Positions 38,497 to 48,732 are shown, counted from the first letter of the stretch. The stretch: 64,000 nt of DNA from Spirochaetia bacterium (GCA_965140585.1 OZ223269.1:544001-608000); one strand, 5' to 3'. Notes: generated by a model not told the origin, from the sequence alone. Translations and numbers: made by a program.

Positions 38497-39777
38497 ATGG
38501 AAACTATGGTACTTGCCGGCCTGGCAGTTCTTTTTCTGGTAATAGGGGTTCCGATAGGAATCTGTTTCGCAATAGGAATGATATCAGTCGCATTTCTTTT
38601 TGATGTGACAAGTTTGAAGTTTATAGCCCAGTCGATGTACTCAGGACTGGATTCGCTTCCGCTGCTTGCCGTTCCCTGCTTTATTCTTGCAGGCGCTATT
38701 ATGGAAAAGGGCGGACTCTCAAGGAGGCTTATTAATGCTGCAAATAAATTCAGCGGCGGAACAACAGGCGGACTGGGGACAGTAGTAATTCTTGCCTGTC
38801 TGTTCTTCGGGGCGATATCAGGGTCAGCACCCGCCACTGTAGCTGCAATTGGAACCATAATGATTCCGCATATGCAGAAAGCCGGATACGATCGGACCTG
38901 GTCCACGGGCCTTGTAGCTGTATCAGGGAGCCTTGGGGTAATCGTTCCGCCAAGTATACCGCTGGTTGTCTACGGCTGCGCGACGAACACATCAATCGGA
39001 GATCTTTTTCTGGCAGGCGTTGTTCCAGCAATTGTGGAAGCCGGTGTATTGATTGTAATAGCTAAAATAGTTTCCTGGAAAAAGGGGTACAAGGGCAGCG
39101 GTGAAAAATCATCGGTGAAAGAAATTCTTTCCGCCTTATGGGAAGCCAAGTGGGCTCTGATAATGCCGGTAATTATTCTTGGAGGAATTTACGGAGGAAT
39201 ATTCACTCCGACTGAAGCGGCGGTAGTTGCCATCGTCTATGGAATTATTATAGGAATGTTTGTTCATAAGGAACTTAAGTGGAAGGATCTGCTTAAAATC
39301 TTTAATGAAAACGCTTCATTTATCGGCGGTATCATGCTGACTTTTGCCCCGGCTGCGGCTTTGGGCGGAGTGCTTGCAATGCTTGGAATACCGGGAATGA
39401 TAAGTGATCTGCTGCTTTCAGTAACGGACAATCTGATTGTAATTCTATTGATAATTAACGTCTTTCTGCTTCTCGCAGGAATGGTTCTTGATACCATGTC
39501 TGCAATAATTGTATTCGCTCCTATTCTACTTGCGGTTCTTCAGCCTCTGGGGATAGATCCTATACATCTTGGAATAATGATGACTGTTAATCTTGAAGTC
39601 GGGTTTGTTACACCTCCTGTTGCGCTGAATCTATTTGTAGCCTCGGGAATGACAGGAATCCCAATGGATAAAATAGTTTCGAAGGCGCTGCCTTTTATTA
39701 TTGGACTTTTAATAACACTTCTTGTTATTACATTTGTGCCCGGGCTTAGCTCCGGCGTTGTAGAACTTTTAAAATAA
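38497..39777 (+). CDS. dctM: TRAP large permease
   Basis: SGSAPAT, IVPPSIP, FTPTEAA and TPPV motifs. Confidence 0.95.
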   Translation: METMVLAGLAVLFLVIGVPIGICFAIGMISVAFLFDVTSLKFIAQSMYSGLDSLPLLAVPCFILAGAIMEKGGLSRRLINAANKFSGGTTGGLGTVVILACLFFGAISGSAPATVAAIGTIMIPHMQKAGYDRTWSTGLVAVSGSLGVIVPPSIPLVVYGCATNTSIGDLFLAGVVPAIVEAGVLIVIAKIVSWKKGYKGSGEKSSVKEILSALWEAKWALIMPVIILGGIYGGIFTPTEAAVVAIVYGIIIGMFVHKELKWKDLLKIFNENASFIGGIMLTFAPAAALGGVLAMLGIPGMISDLLLSVTDNLIVILLIINVFLLLAGMVLDTMSAIIVFAPILLAVLQPLGIDPIHLGIMMTVNLEVGFVTPPVALNLFVASGMTGIPMDKIVSKALPFIIGLLITLLVITFVPGLSSGVVELLK

Positions 39778-39787
39778 GGATTATTTA

Positions 39788-40441
39788 ATGAGTGAGAAAC
39801 TTATATTAGGAATTTCAGGAAGCCCCCGGAAGGGCGCAAACCTGGATATTATGCTTAAAACAGCACTTGATGAAGCTGAACTTGAAGACGGTATAAGAAC
39901 TGAAACAATTTACCTGCGTGATTATGAAATTAAACCATGCATTTCATGTTTTGCATGCTGTAATGAAAAAGCGGCAGAGAAGGATAAGCCCTGCCTTCCT
40001 ATCACAGACGGAATGGAAGATATCTATCCAAAACTTAAGGAATGTGACGCACTGATTATTGGAAGTCCGGTTTACTTCGGTTCAATGACTGCACAGGTAA
40101 AAGCTTTTATGGATAGAACTGAAGGTCTGCTTAGATATGGGAAAAGTTCATATCAGAATGCATTAAGCAACACGATTGGAGGAGCTATTGCTGTCGGTGG
40201 AAACAGAAACGGCGGTGAGGAATTTACCATTCAGGCTATCCATTACTACTATTTCATACAGAATATGATTGTTGTTGGAACAGGCCCGGAACCCACACCC
40301 GGCTGCTATCTTGGTGCTGCAGGAACTACATACCCGCAGCGGGGCAAGTCAAGGGATGCTGTACTTGAAGATGAGCTTGGAATGAAAAGCGCAAAGATGC
40401 TTGGCCGCAGGGTTGCAAGTGTTTTAAAAATGATGAAATAA
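39788..40441 (+). CDS. Iron-sulfur flavoprotein (NADPH-dependent FMN reductase/WrbA-like)
   Basis: GSPRK, CISCFAC...C, GSPVYFG and RNGG.E motifs. Confidence 0.88.
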   Translation: MSEKLILGISGSPRKGANLDIMLKTALDEAELEDGIRTETIYLRDYEIKPCISCFACCNEKAAEKDKPCLPITDGMEDIYPKLKECDALIIGSPVYFGSMTAQVKAFMDRTEGLLRYGKSSYQNALSNTIGGAIAVGGNRNGGEEFTIQAIHYYYFIQNMIVVGTGPEPTPGCYLGAAGTTYPQRGKSRDAVLEDELGMKSAKMLGRRVASVLKMMK

Positions 40442-40455
40442 AACAGGAAACTAAA

Positions 40456-41613
40456 ATGATCGAACTTAAAATAGATGGAGAAGAAGTAAGGGAACTTACA
40501 AAACAGCTTATCAGAATTAAAAGCGTAAATCCCCCTGGCCATGTAGATGAATGTGCAGAGTTTATCCTCACCTGGTTTTTATCGAACGATATCGAAGCCG
40601 AAATAGTGAAAAGTGAAGGTGTCGCCAATGTAGTTGCCAGATTCGGTAAAAAAGGCGGAAAGAAAATCCTATGGAACGGACACTTTGACGTAGTCCCTGC
40701 AGGATTAAACTGGACTGTGGATCCTTTTGAGGCTGTAGAAAAAGACGGTTTCATTATCGGACGCGGTGCTTCAGATATGAAGAGCGGAGTTGCATCAATG
40801 ATGGCAGCAATGAAGGCTATAAAGGATAACGGTATTGAACTGGATGGTGAGATTGAGTTCTGGGGAATCGGAGACGAAGAAACAGGAAGCAAAAATGGAA
40901 CGAGAATGCTTCTTGAAAAACTTGGTAACCGGTATGACGGTGCTGTTTCTTCTGAGCCGACAGATTTCTATATCGAAAATGCTCAGCGGGGTTTAAGATG
41001 GTTTGAAATCAAGATATCAGGTTCTGCCTGTCATGCCGGCCGGCCTCATGTCGGGAAGAATGCAGTTGAGCATTCCGCAAAAGTAATTGAAGCTGTAAAG
41101 AAAATCAAATTTGATTACTATAATGAAATCTTCGAAGACCAGGTTAAGCAGCCGAGCCTTTCTTTTACCATAATCAGCGGCGGCCGGCAGACTAATATTA
41201 TCCCTGAAGAATGTATTCTTACAATCGACCGCAGAATGCTTCCTGGTGAAACAGAGGAATCAATCACATCCGAGATACAGGCTGCTCTTGATGAGGTTGA
41301 AACTGAAGGCTTTACAACTGAACTGAGTCTTATCAATAAGGGCTGGGATCCGTTTATTACAGAGGCTTCAGATGCAGTGGTTACCACAATAGAAGAGGCA
41401 TTTAAAAATGTAACCGGAACTGACCCTAAATACAGAGGAAAGGGCGGTTGTACAGATGCGTCACATATCTTTCATGCCGGTATACCTGTAGTTATTCTCG
41501 GACCCGGTCCGGCAAATGAATCTCATACTGCAGATGAAAAAGTAGAGATTAAACGTCTTGTCCAGTCTGTTGAGATTTATGCCCGCTCTGCAATAGAGTT
41601 TTTAAAAAAATAA
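40456..41613 (+). CDS. M20 metallo-amidohydrolase (ArgE/DapE-like)
   Basis: NGHFDVV, GRGASDMK, DEE, E and H..DE zinc ligands. Confidence 0.92.
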   Translation: MIELKIDGEEVRELTKQLIRIKSVNPPGHVDECAEFILTWFLSNDIEAEIVKSEGVANVVARFGKKGGKKILWNGHFDVVPAGLNWTVDPFEAVEKDGFIIGRGASDMKSGVASMMAAMKAIKDNGIELDGEIEFWGIGDEETGSKNGTRMLLEKLGNRYDGAVSSEPTDFYIENAQRGLRWFEIKISGSACHAGRPHVGKNAVEHSAKVIEAVKKIKFDYYNEIFEDQVKQPSLSFTIISGGRQTNIIPEECILTIDRRMLPGETEESITSEIQAALDEVETEGFTTELSLINKGWDPFITEASDAVVTTIEEAFKNVTGTDPKYRGKGGCTDASHIFHAGIPVVILGPGPANESHTADEKVEIKRLVQSVEIYARSAIEFLKK

Positions 41614-41634
41614 GATTTTACGGAGAATAATATT

Positions 41635-42459
41635 ATGAAGAAAAAAATGCCCGTAATGCTTACCTTTGATGTCGACGGAGAATCACTCTGGGCTTCCCGT
41701 GAGCTTGATCACCTTCCGGTTACACGCTCTCTGGGAACGTACGGTATTGTTGAGGGGCTTCCGAGAATAATGAAAGTTCTTGAAAGAAACGAAGTCCCGG
41801 CAACATTCTTTGTTCCCGGAATTATTGCTGAAAGGTATCCTGAGCAGATAAAGAAAATAGATACAGCCGGACATGAGATATGCAACCACAGCTACAGCCA
41901 TACATATCCGGACAAACTTCCTTCTGCTGATGCAGAAAAGGAAGAGCTTACAAAGACGAACGCGATACTTGAAAAGCTTACCGGAAAGACGCCTAAAGGA
42001 TATCGCTCTCCTGCGTGGGAGTTCAGTGAGAATACTCTGGATATCCTTCTTGATATAGGATTTGAGTATTCAAGCAACATGATGCATACAGATCGAATAG
42101 GATATCTGCAGGTGTTTGAGCGTAAGACTGATATCGTTGAACTTCCAATTCACTGGGTACTTGATGATGCTGCCTTCTGGCTGTACACAGTAAGGATTCC
42201 CGGAAAAGCGATACAGCCGGTTTCCGCTGTGCAGGAATTCTGGATTGCTGAATTTGATGCGCTTTATGAAGAGTTTATGGAAGAGGAAAATTCAGACATC
42301 TGTTTCATACTTACCTGCCATCCACAGGTGATCGGACGGCCTGCAAGAATGAAAGTTCTGGACAATCTTATTAAACATATAAAAACATTTGAGAATGTTG
42401 AATTTACTACATGCTGGCAGACAGCAGAGAAGTATAAAAAAGAGGGGACTGATGAGTAA
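41635..42459 (+). CDS. CE4 polysaccharide deacetylase-fold amidohydrolase (PuuE/HpPgdA-like)
   Basis: TFDVD, HSYSH, RSPAW and HPQVIGRP motifs; no signal peptide. Confidence 0.88.
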   Translation: MKKKMPVMLTFDVDGESLWASRELDHLPVTRSLGTYGIVEGLPRIMKVLERNEVPATFFVPGIIAERYPEQIKKIDTAGHEICNHSYSHTYPDKLPSADAEKEELTKTNAILEKLTGKTPKGYRSPAWEFSENTLDILLDIGFEYSSNMMHTDRIGYLQVFERKTDIVELPIHWVLDDAAFWLYTVRIPGKAIQPVSAVQEFWIAEFDALYEEFMEEENSDICFILTCHPQVIGRPARMKVLDNLIKHIKTFENVEFTTCWQTAEKYKKEGTDE

Positions 42460-43207
42460 AAATAATGCTGTTCTGCAGCTTTATCCGACAACCAAGCTGT
42501 ATCTCGCCCTGCTGATAGCTGTGTCTTCAGTAATTATTCCGAGCTACATTTATGCCTATTCCTGCTTTCTGATTGCAGCGGTAATTGCTGCAATGGCAGG
42601 CTGTCTGAGGGATTACCTTAAATTCTCCAGGAAATCTATTCTGATTCTGGTAATCCTGATTCTGGTAATGCAGATGTTCTTTTATCCGGGTGTGGATGAG
42701 GTATGGAGAAAGGGAATTTTCCGAATCACAAATGAAGGAATCCAGTTCGGGTTCAAGATGTCTTCGAGGGTTCTTGCGATAGCATGTTCTTTCGTTCTCT
42801 TTTTTAGAATTACTGAAGTAAAAGACTTTGTGCTTGCACTTGAGCAGAATGGATTTTCACCCACTGCAACCTATGTCATCCTGGCTACTCTGCAGATGAT
42901 TCCTGAAATGAAAAAACAGTCAACGGTTATCATGGATGCCCAGAGGGCAAGAGGTGTTGAAACCGAAGGCAGTCTGATGGTCAGAGTAAAGGCTTTTATT
43001 CCGATGCTTGGACCGCTTGTTCTTTCATCGATAGCCAATACCGAAGAAAGAGCTATCACTCTTGAATCACGGGCTTTTACCGCACCGGTTAAGAAAACTA
43101 GAATTCATAAAATCGAACTTACCAGGGCTGACAAGCCTCTCAAAGTTATCATGCTTATTATTCTTATAGGACTTATCGCAGGGAGGATTGCATTATGGCT
43201 CTTATAG
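42452..43207 (+). CDS. ECF transporter T component
   Basis: AQRARG and LESRAF conserved Arg motifs; start moved to ATG 42452. Confidence 0.9.
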   Translation: MSKNNAVLQLYPTTKLYLALLIAVSSVIIPSYIYAYSCFLIAAVIAAMAGCLRDYLKFSRKSILILVILILVMQMFFYPGVDEVWRKGIFRITNEGIQFGFKMSSRVLAIACSFVLFFRITEVKDFVLALEQNGFSPTATYVILATLQMIPEMKKQSTVIMDAQRARGVETEGSLMVRVKAFIPMLGPLVLSSIANTEERAITLESRAFTAPVKKTRIHKIELTRADKPLKVIMLIILIGLIAGRIALWLL

Positions 43208-44055
43208 AAGTTAAAAACCTGTCTTATAAATATCCGACCAGTAAAGGCGATGTTCTCAAGAACCTCAATTTTTCAATTGAAAAAGGCGAGTTCTGCTCAA
43301 TAATTGGATGCAACGGAAGCGGTAAAACAACACTGTGCAGTGCGTTAAGGGGATTTGTACCCAATTTTTACAAGGGTGAGCTGAACGGTCACATCATCCT
43401 GGACGGGCAGGATATGAGTGAGCTGAGCATGGGTGAGCTTGCTATGAAAATCGGCTATGTATTTCAGAATCCATTTATTCAGATCAGCGGTATTAAAAGT
43501 ACAGTTTTTGAAGAAGTAGCATACGGACTTGAGAATCTTGGTGTTGATCCGGAGGAGATTAATACACGTGTAGAAAAGATGTTCGAGTTCCTGCAGATTG
43601 AATATTTAAAAGACAAAGATCCCTTTGCTCTTTCCGGCGGACAAAAGCAGCGTGTAGCGCTTGCTTCCATCCTTGTAATGGAACCTGATGTTCTTGTAAT
43701 TGACGAACCCACCTCACAGCTTGATCCAATCGGAACCGAAGAGGTATTTCAGACTATCAAGCTTATGAAAGAAATGGGTAAAACAATCATACTTGTTGAA
43801 CACAAGATTGAGCTGGTTGCTGAGTACTCTGATCATATTATTCTTCTTGATGATGGCGAGATTGTAATGGACGGACCTGCTAAGGCTGTTCTTTCAAATG
43901 AGAAAGTTCTTGAGCATAATACTGCCATCCCACAGTTTGCACAGCTTTGTCTTGCGCTCAAAAACAGCGGTCTGCCTGTAGATGATATAGCGATCACGGA
44001 AGATGAATGCATAAACGTGATGGAAAAAATACTGACAAAAGAGGCTGTACTGTGA
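43195..44055 (+). CDS. ECF transporter ATPase A1
   Basis: GCNGSGKT, FQNP, LSGGQKQR and DEPT motifs. Confidence 0.93.
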   Translation: MALIEVKNLSYKYPTSKGDVLKNLNFSIEKGEFCSIIGCNGSGKTTLCSALRGFVPNFYKGELNGHIILDGQDMSELSMGELAMKIGYVFQNPFIQISGIKSTVFEEVAYGLENLGVDPEEINTRVEKMFEFLQIEYLKDKDPFALSGGQKQRVALASILVMEPDVLVIDEPTSQLDPIGTEEVFQTIKLMKEMGKTIILVEHKIELVAEYSDHIILLDDGEIVMDGPAKAVLSNEKVLEHNTAIPQFAQLCLALKNSGLPVDDIAITEDECINVMEKILTKEAVL

Positions 44056-44873
44056 GTTTTATTGAACTGAAGAATGTAACTTTTACATATCCAAATGATT
44101 TTACTGCGATTGAGAATATAAATCTTGAAATAGCCAAAGGTGAATTCCTGGCAATAGTCGGTCAGAACGGAGCAGGGAAGACAACTACTGTTAAGCTGAT
44201 GAATGGACTTTTAAAACCGCAGGAAGGAGAAGTCATTATTGACGGATGGAACACTAACGATCATACAGTTGCTAAGCTTTCCTCAAAAGTAGGGTATATC
44301 TTTCAGAATCCGGATGAGCAGATTTTTAACGATTCAATTTACAGTGAAGTTGCATTTGGTCCAAAGTATATGAAACTTCCGATTGAAGAGATTAAGAATC
44401 GAGTACGGACAGCTGTTGATGTTACAAAAATACGCCCGTATTTAAATGAAAATCCATATAACCTGCCTTATTCTACAAGAAAGTTTGTAACAATTGCCGC
44501 AATTATGGCGAATGACCCGGATGTACTCATCCTTGATGAACCGACTGCCGGCCAGGACCTCTATGGTATGGAAGTTCTGGCAGATGTCTTAAAGTTTCTC
44601 AAGGAGCAGGGGAAGACTGTCATAACCATTACACATGATATGGAGTTCGTTGTAAAGAATTTTGAAAGGGTGGTCGTAATGGCCAACAAGAAAATCATTT
44701 CAGATTCCGATCGTAGAACAACCTTCTGGAACCATGATGTTTTAAAGCAGAGTATGCTAAAGCAGCCCTATGTCAGCAGAGTCGCCTATCGAATGGGTCT
44801 GTCCGGTAATGTTCTTGATGTTAATGAAATGATCAGTGCTGTTAAAACTGAAACAGGATTAAAGGAAGCATAA
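44052..44873 (+). CDS. ECF transporter ATPase A2
   Basis: GQNGAGKT, FQNPDEQ, degenerate signature LPYSTRK, DEPTAGQD; start moved to GTG 44052. Confidence 0.92.
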   Translation: MSFIELKNVTFTYPNDFTAIENINLEIAKGEFLAIVGQNGAGKTTTVKLMNGLLKPQEGEVIIDGWNTNDHTVAKLSSKVGYIFQNPDEQIFNDSIYSEVAFGPKYMKLPIEEIKNRVRTAVDVTKIRPYLNENPYNLPYSTRKFVTIAAIMANDPDVLILDEPTAGQDLYGMEVLADVLKFLKEQGKTVITITHDMEFVVKNFERVVVMANKKIISDSDRRTTFWNHDVLKQSMLKQPYVSRVAYRMGLSGNVLDVNEMISAVKTETGLKEA

Positions 44874-45820
44874 TGGCAACACCGATAATTTTTGACTGTG
44901 ATCCGGGACATGATGATGCTGTAGCATTATTCATAGCTCTGGCAAATGATGCTATAGAAGTTAAAGGTATAACTACCTGTGCAGGTAATCAGCTTCCTGA
45001 AAAAACTTTTAACAACGCAAGAAAACTTCTGGCGCTTGCTGAAAGGGAAGATATTACCGTATGCCCCGGTGCTGAAAAACCGCTGACAAGGAACCTCCGG
45101 ATAGCTGCTGATATTCACGGTGATTCAGGGCTTGACGGAGCCGAACTTCCTGAACCGACCGTGGCAGAGTTTAAGGGAAAATCCTGGGACTTTACTGCAG
45201 ATATTATACGGAATCATCCGGAACCAATTACTCTGGTTGCAACCGGTCCGCTTACTAATGTCGCTATTTTTCTTCTTGCTTATCCGGAATTAAAAGAAAA
45301 ACTTGAACGGATAATCATTATGGGCGGTGCCTGCTTTGGAGGGAATATCACTCCGGCTGCAGAGTTTAATATTCTTGTAGATCCTGAAGCGGCTGATATT
45401 GTTTTCAAAAGCGGTGTAAAAGTTTCAATGTTCGGACTTGATGTTACAAACCGGGCCAGTATGATGCCTGATGAAATTAAGTCACTCCGGAACCTTGGTA
45501 CAAAATCCGGAGAAATATTCGCCGGTCTACTTGATTTCTTTATCACCAAGGCTACCAGATATTTTCTGGCGGATAAGGACTGGGTAGAAGGTGTACACCT
45601 TCATGATGCCTGCTGCATGGCTTATATTGTCGATCCTTCAATCTTTAGAATGGTTGACTGCCATGTTGAAATAGATACAAACGACGGACCGACTCTGGGC
45701 AGTACAGTTGTTGATTTCAACGGTGTAACAAAAAAGCCTGCAAATGCAGAAGTAGCTTTTAAAATTGACAGAGATAAGTTTATAGGTCTGGTTATAAAAT
45801 CGATAGCCAAATTCAATTAG
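44873..45820 (+). CDS. Nucleoside hydrolase (RihA/RihC-like)
   Basis: DCDPGHDD, HGDSG, TGPLTN, AEFN..DP and LHD motifs. Confidence 0.93.
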   Translation: MATPIIFDCDPGHDDAVALFIALANDAIEVKGITTCAGNQLPEKTFNNARKLLALAEREDITVCPGAEKPLTRNLRIAADIHGDSGLDGAELPEPTVAEFKGKSWDFTADIIRNHPEPITLVATGPLTNVAIFLLAYPELKEKLERIIIMGGACFGGNITPAAEFNILVDPEAADIVFKSGVKVSMFGLDVTNRASMMPDEIKSLRNLGTKSGEIFAGLLDFFITKATRYFLADKDWVEGVHLHDACCMAYIVDPSIFRMVDCHVEIDTNDGPTLGSTVVDFNGVTKKPANAEVAFKIDRDKFIGLVIKSIAKFN

Positions 45821-45874
45821 TCATGGTTATAAATGTCCATACGGGGCATTAAATATATAACAAGGAGAAATTAA

Positions 45875-46498
45875 ATGGAAAAGAAAAGAAGTTTCAAGGA
45901 TGACTTCACCCTGGTTTCACTGCTGCTTATTCCAGTATGTGTTGCTATCAACATTGTAGGATTTCAGCTTGCCCAGCTGCTGAGACTCCCTGTGTTTCTT
46001 GATGTAATCGGAACAATACTAGTAGGTATTGTTGCCGGTCCCTGGATTGCTATCATTACCGGTTTTCTGACCAATGCTATCAATGCAATTTTTAATCCTG
46101 TATACCTGCCTTACTCAGTTGTAAACATGGCAATCGGTATCTTCGCTGCTCTGCTTTCTGCCAAAGGCATGATGGGCAAATGGTGGAAGATTGGTATTTC
46201 AGGTGTAATTATCGCTCTTGTAGCTACATGTACTGCCGCTCCCATCACTGTAATACTTTTTGGTGGAATGACAGGACATGCAACTTCAATGATTACTGCT
46301 GGATTCCTCGCTACAGGAACCAAGATCTGGACTGCTGTATTTTCTACCCACTTTATTACTGAAAGCGCAGACAAGATTCTCAGTCTCATTGTTGCTGTTC
46401 TTATTGTTAAAAGAATATCCAGCAGATACCTGTCAAAACTTAAATACGGTGAACAGTATATTAAGGAAGATAAAGTCGCTGAAGCTGCAGATATTTAA
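45875..46498 (+). CDS. ECF transporter S (substrate-binding) component
   Basis: About six TM segments; LRLPVFLDVIGT...GP and ADK motifs. Confidence 0.85.
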   Translation: MEKKRSFKDDFTLVSLLLIPVCVAINIVGFQLAQLLRLPVFLDVIGTILVGIVAGPWIAIITGFLTNAINAIFNPVYLPYSVVNMAIGIFAALLSAKGMMGKWWKIGISGVIIALVATCTAAPITVILFGGMTGHATSMITAGFLATGTKIWTAVFSTHFITESADKILSLIVAVLIVKRISSRYLSKLKYGEQYIKEDKVAEAADI

Positions 46499-46517
46499 TC
46501 TGCCGGATATTATTAGA

Positions 46518-46546
46518 CTGGTATTCAGCTGTAACTGAATACCGGC
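46518..46546 (+). terminator. Stem-loop after the ECF S-component gene
   Basis: GGTATTCAG-loop-CTGAATACC stem. Confidence 0.55.
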
Positions 46547-46604
46547 TAATAATTTATAACCATTCAAGTCTCTAATCAAGATTTAAATTGTAAATTGGAC
46601 AAAT

Positions 46605-47786
46605 ATGAAACAATTTTCTACACTTCTTAAAACATGGCCGGCTTCAGGTATACGTGAAATGCTTGATATGTACCGGCAATATCCGGATGCCGTTAATATG
46701 TGTAACGGGGATCCGGATCTGCCTACTCCTGAACATATAGTGGAGGCAGCTGTAAAATCACTTCGGGACGGAAATACCCAATATTCCACGGAATCCGGAA
46801 TTGTTGAGCTGCGGGAAGCTGTAGCTGCAAAGTATGTTAATCAGTTCGGTTTCGATTTTACTCCCGAGAATGTCATGGCTACTGCAGGCAGCATCGAAGC
46901 AATGTTTATTATTCTTGCAGGGATTCTTGACAGCGGAGATGAGGTAATAGTTTCAGATCCCAGCTACACCAGCTATGAAGGGCAGGTAAGAATGTTCGGC
47001 GGCCGTGTTGTTCGTGTCAAAGCTCCTGCTGAAAACGGGTTTTTGATGAATCCTGAGGAAATTGCCGAAAAAATAACCGGGAAAACTCGGGCGGTAATAC
47101 TTAATTATCCAAATAATCCATCAGGTACGCTTATCGATAACGAATATTGTGATAGGCTGGCAAACGCACTTGAAGGCCGCGATGTTCTGATTATTTCGGA
47201 TGAAGTATATGAAAAGATAGTCTTCGACGGAAAAACTCATTACAGTCCTATGCAGCATCCGCAATTAAAAGAAAAGGTTTTGATAGCAAACAGTCTTTCT
47301 AAAACCTATGCAATGACCGGTTGGCGGCTTGGATATATTCTTGGAAGCGGTAATTTAGTTTCAGGATTTTATAAAATGCAGCAGGCTCTTATCTCATGTC
47401 TGCCGATATTTGTACAGCATGCCGGTGTTGCCGCACTTAATGGTTCCCAGGATTGTGTTGAGCAGATGCGCAGGGAATACGAGCGCCGGCGAAATATTAT
47501 CTGTAATAAATTCGACTCCATCGAAAATCTTGATTATATTAAGTCCGGAGGCTCACTCGGAATAATGGCTGATATTAGAAAAACAGGAATCAGTTCGAGA
47601 GACTTTTCATTGAAACTGCTTTCGGAAGGCGGTGTCCTGACAGTTCCGGGTACTGCATTCGGTAAGGGAGCAGAAGGCTGGATAAGACTTGCTTTTGCAA
47701 ATTCAGCAGAAACCATGACTGCAGGGGCTGAAAGGTTTTCAGAATATTTTAACAACAATTTGAACTTCAGGGGTAATGATGCATAA
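46605..47786 (+). CDS. Class I/II PLP aminotransferase
   Basis: NYPNNPSG, SDEVY and SLSKTYAMTGWRLG motifs. Confidence 0.93.
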   Translation: MKQFSTLLKTWPASGIREMLDMYRQYPDAVNMCNGDPDLPTPEHIVEAAVKSLRDGNTQYSTESGIVELREAVAAKYVNQFGFDFTPENVMATAGSIEAMFIILAGILDSGDEVIVSDPSYTSYEGQVRMFGGRVVRVKAPAENGFLMNPEEIAEKITGKTRAVILNYPNNPSGTLIDNEYCDRLANALEGRDVLIISDEVYEKIVFDGKTHYSPMQHPQLKEKVLIANSLSKTYAMTGWRLGYILGSGNLVSGFYKMQQALISCLPIFVQHAGVAALNGSQDCVEQMRREYERRRNIICNKFDSIENLDYIKSGGSLGIMADIRKTGISSRDFSLKLLSEGGVLTVPGTAFGKGAEGWIRLAFANSAETMTAGAERFSEYFNNNLNFRGNDA

Positions 47787-48732
47787 CAAACCGGTAGTGG
47801 TATTTACATTTCCCTATGGAAAGGAAAACTTCCTTAAAATAGAGCAGGAAGGTTATGAAGTCGTATATATTAATGAAGAAAAGATGACAGGAGATGAAAT
47901 GCCTGAAAATACTGAAGTTCTTGTATGCTATGATCCATTTGCTAAAGTAGATATAAGTAAACTTGATAAGTTGAAGTTTATTCAATTGGTCAGTAAAGGA
48001 ATCAACCAGGCTCCCCGTGAAAAAATAAAGAATGCAGGTATTATTGTTGCGAATAACGGCAACGCAACATCTATTCCAATTGCTGAATGGATTATCACAA
48101 TGATACTTATGCTGCTTAAGAATTCTTCATTCATATATAAAAATATGAATGATAAAATATGGAATGAAGACCGGAATATATCCGAGCTTGCAGGTAAGAG
48201 AGTAATCATCCTTGGGACAGGCGGAATTGCAATTGAAGCTGCCTCAAGACTGAAAGCTTTCGGAGTTGAAATTACAGGGATTAATAGGAGCGGAAGAGCT
48301 GTTGCCGGTTTTAATCGATGCTGCAGTCTGGATCAGTTTAATAATCTTCTTCCTGAATGTGATATTCTTGTTTCTGCTATTCCTGCGACTTCCGAGACTA
48401 AAAATCTTATTAACAAGAAAACACTGTCGCTATTGAAGAAAGATGCCTGCTTTATAAATATTTCCAGAGGTTCAGTAGTAAATGAGGATGATCTGATTGA
48501 GAAGCTCAACGACGGCTCGCTTAGAGGTGCCTCTCTAGATGTATTTAAACAGGAACCGCTGTCTTCAGACAGTCCATTATGGGATGCTGCTAATATTATA
48601 ATCACACCTCACAATTCTTACCTGTCAGATGCCTATCGAAATAGGGTATTTGAAGTAATATTTAAAAATCTAAAAAAATACAAGTCCGGAAAAACGCTTG
48701 ATTTTGTAGTTGACTTTGAAAAAGGCTACTAG
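47776..48732 (+). CDS. D-2-hydroxyacid dehydrogenase
   Basis: LGTGGIA, INISRG, DVFKQEPL and ITPH motifs. Confidence 0.92.
   Translation: MMHNKPVVVFTFPYGKENFLKIEQEGYEVVYINEEKMTGDEMPENTEVLVCYDPFAKVDISKLDKLKFIQLVSKGINQAPREKIKNAGIIVANNGNATSIPIAEWIITMILMLLKNSSFIYKNMNDKIWNEDRNISELAGKRVIILGTGGIAIEAASRLKAFGVEITGINRSGRAVAGFNRCCSLDQFNNLLPECDILVSAIPATSETKNLINKKTLSLLKKDACFINISRGSVVNEDDLIEKLNDGSLRGASLDVFKQEPLSSDSPLWDAANIIITPHNSYLSDAYRNRVFEVIFKNLKKYKSGKTLDFVVDFEKGY

Noticed and set aside
40326-40892. Long antisense ORF, representative of the many overlapping ORFs in the track (e.g. 37032-37478, 57961-58365)
   Set aside because: Shadow frames of well-supported genes, with no motifs or RBS
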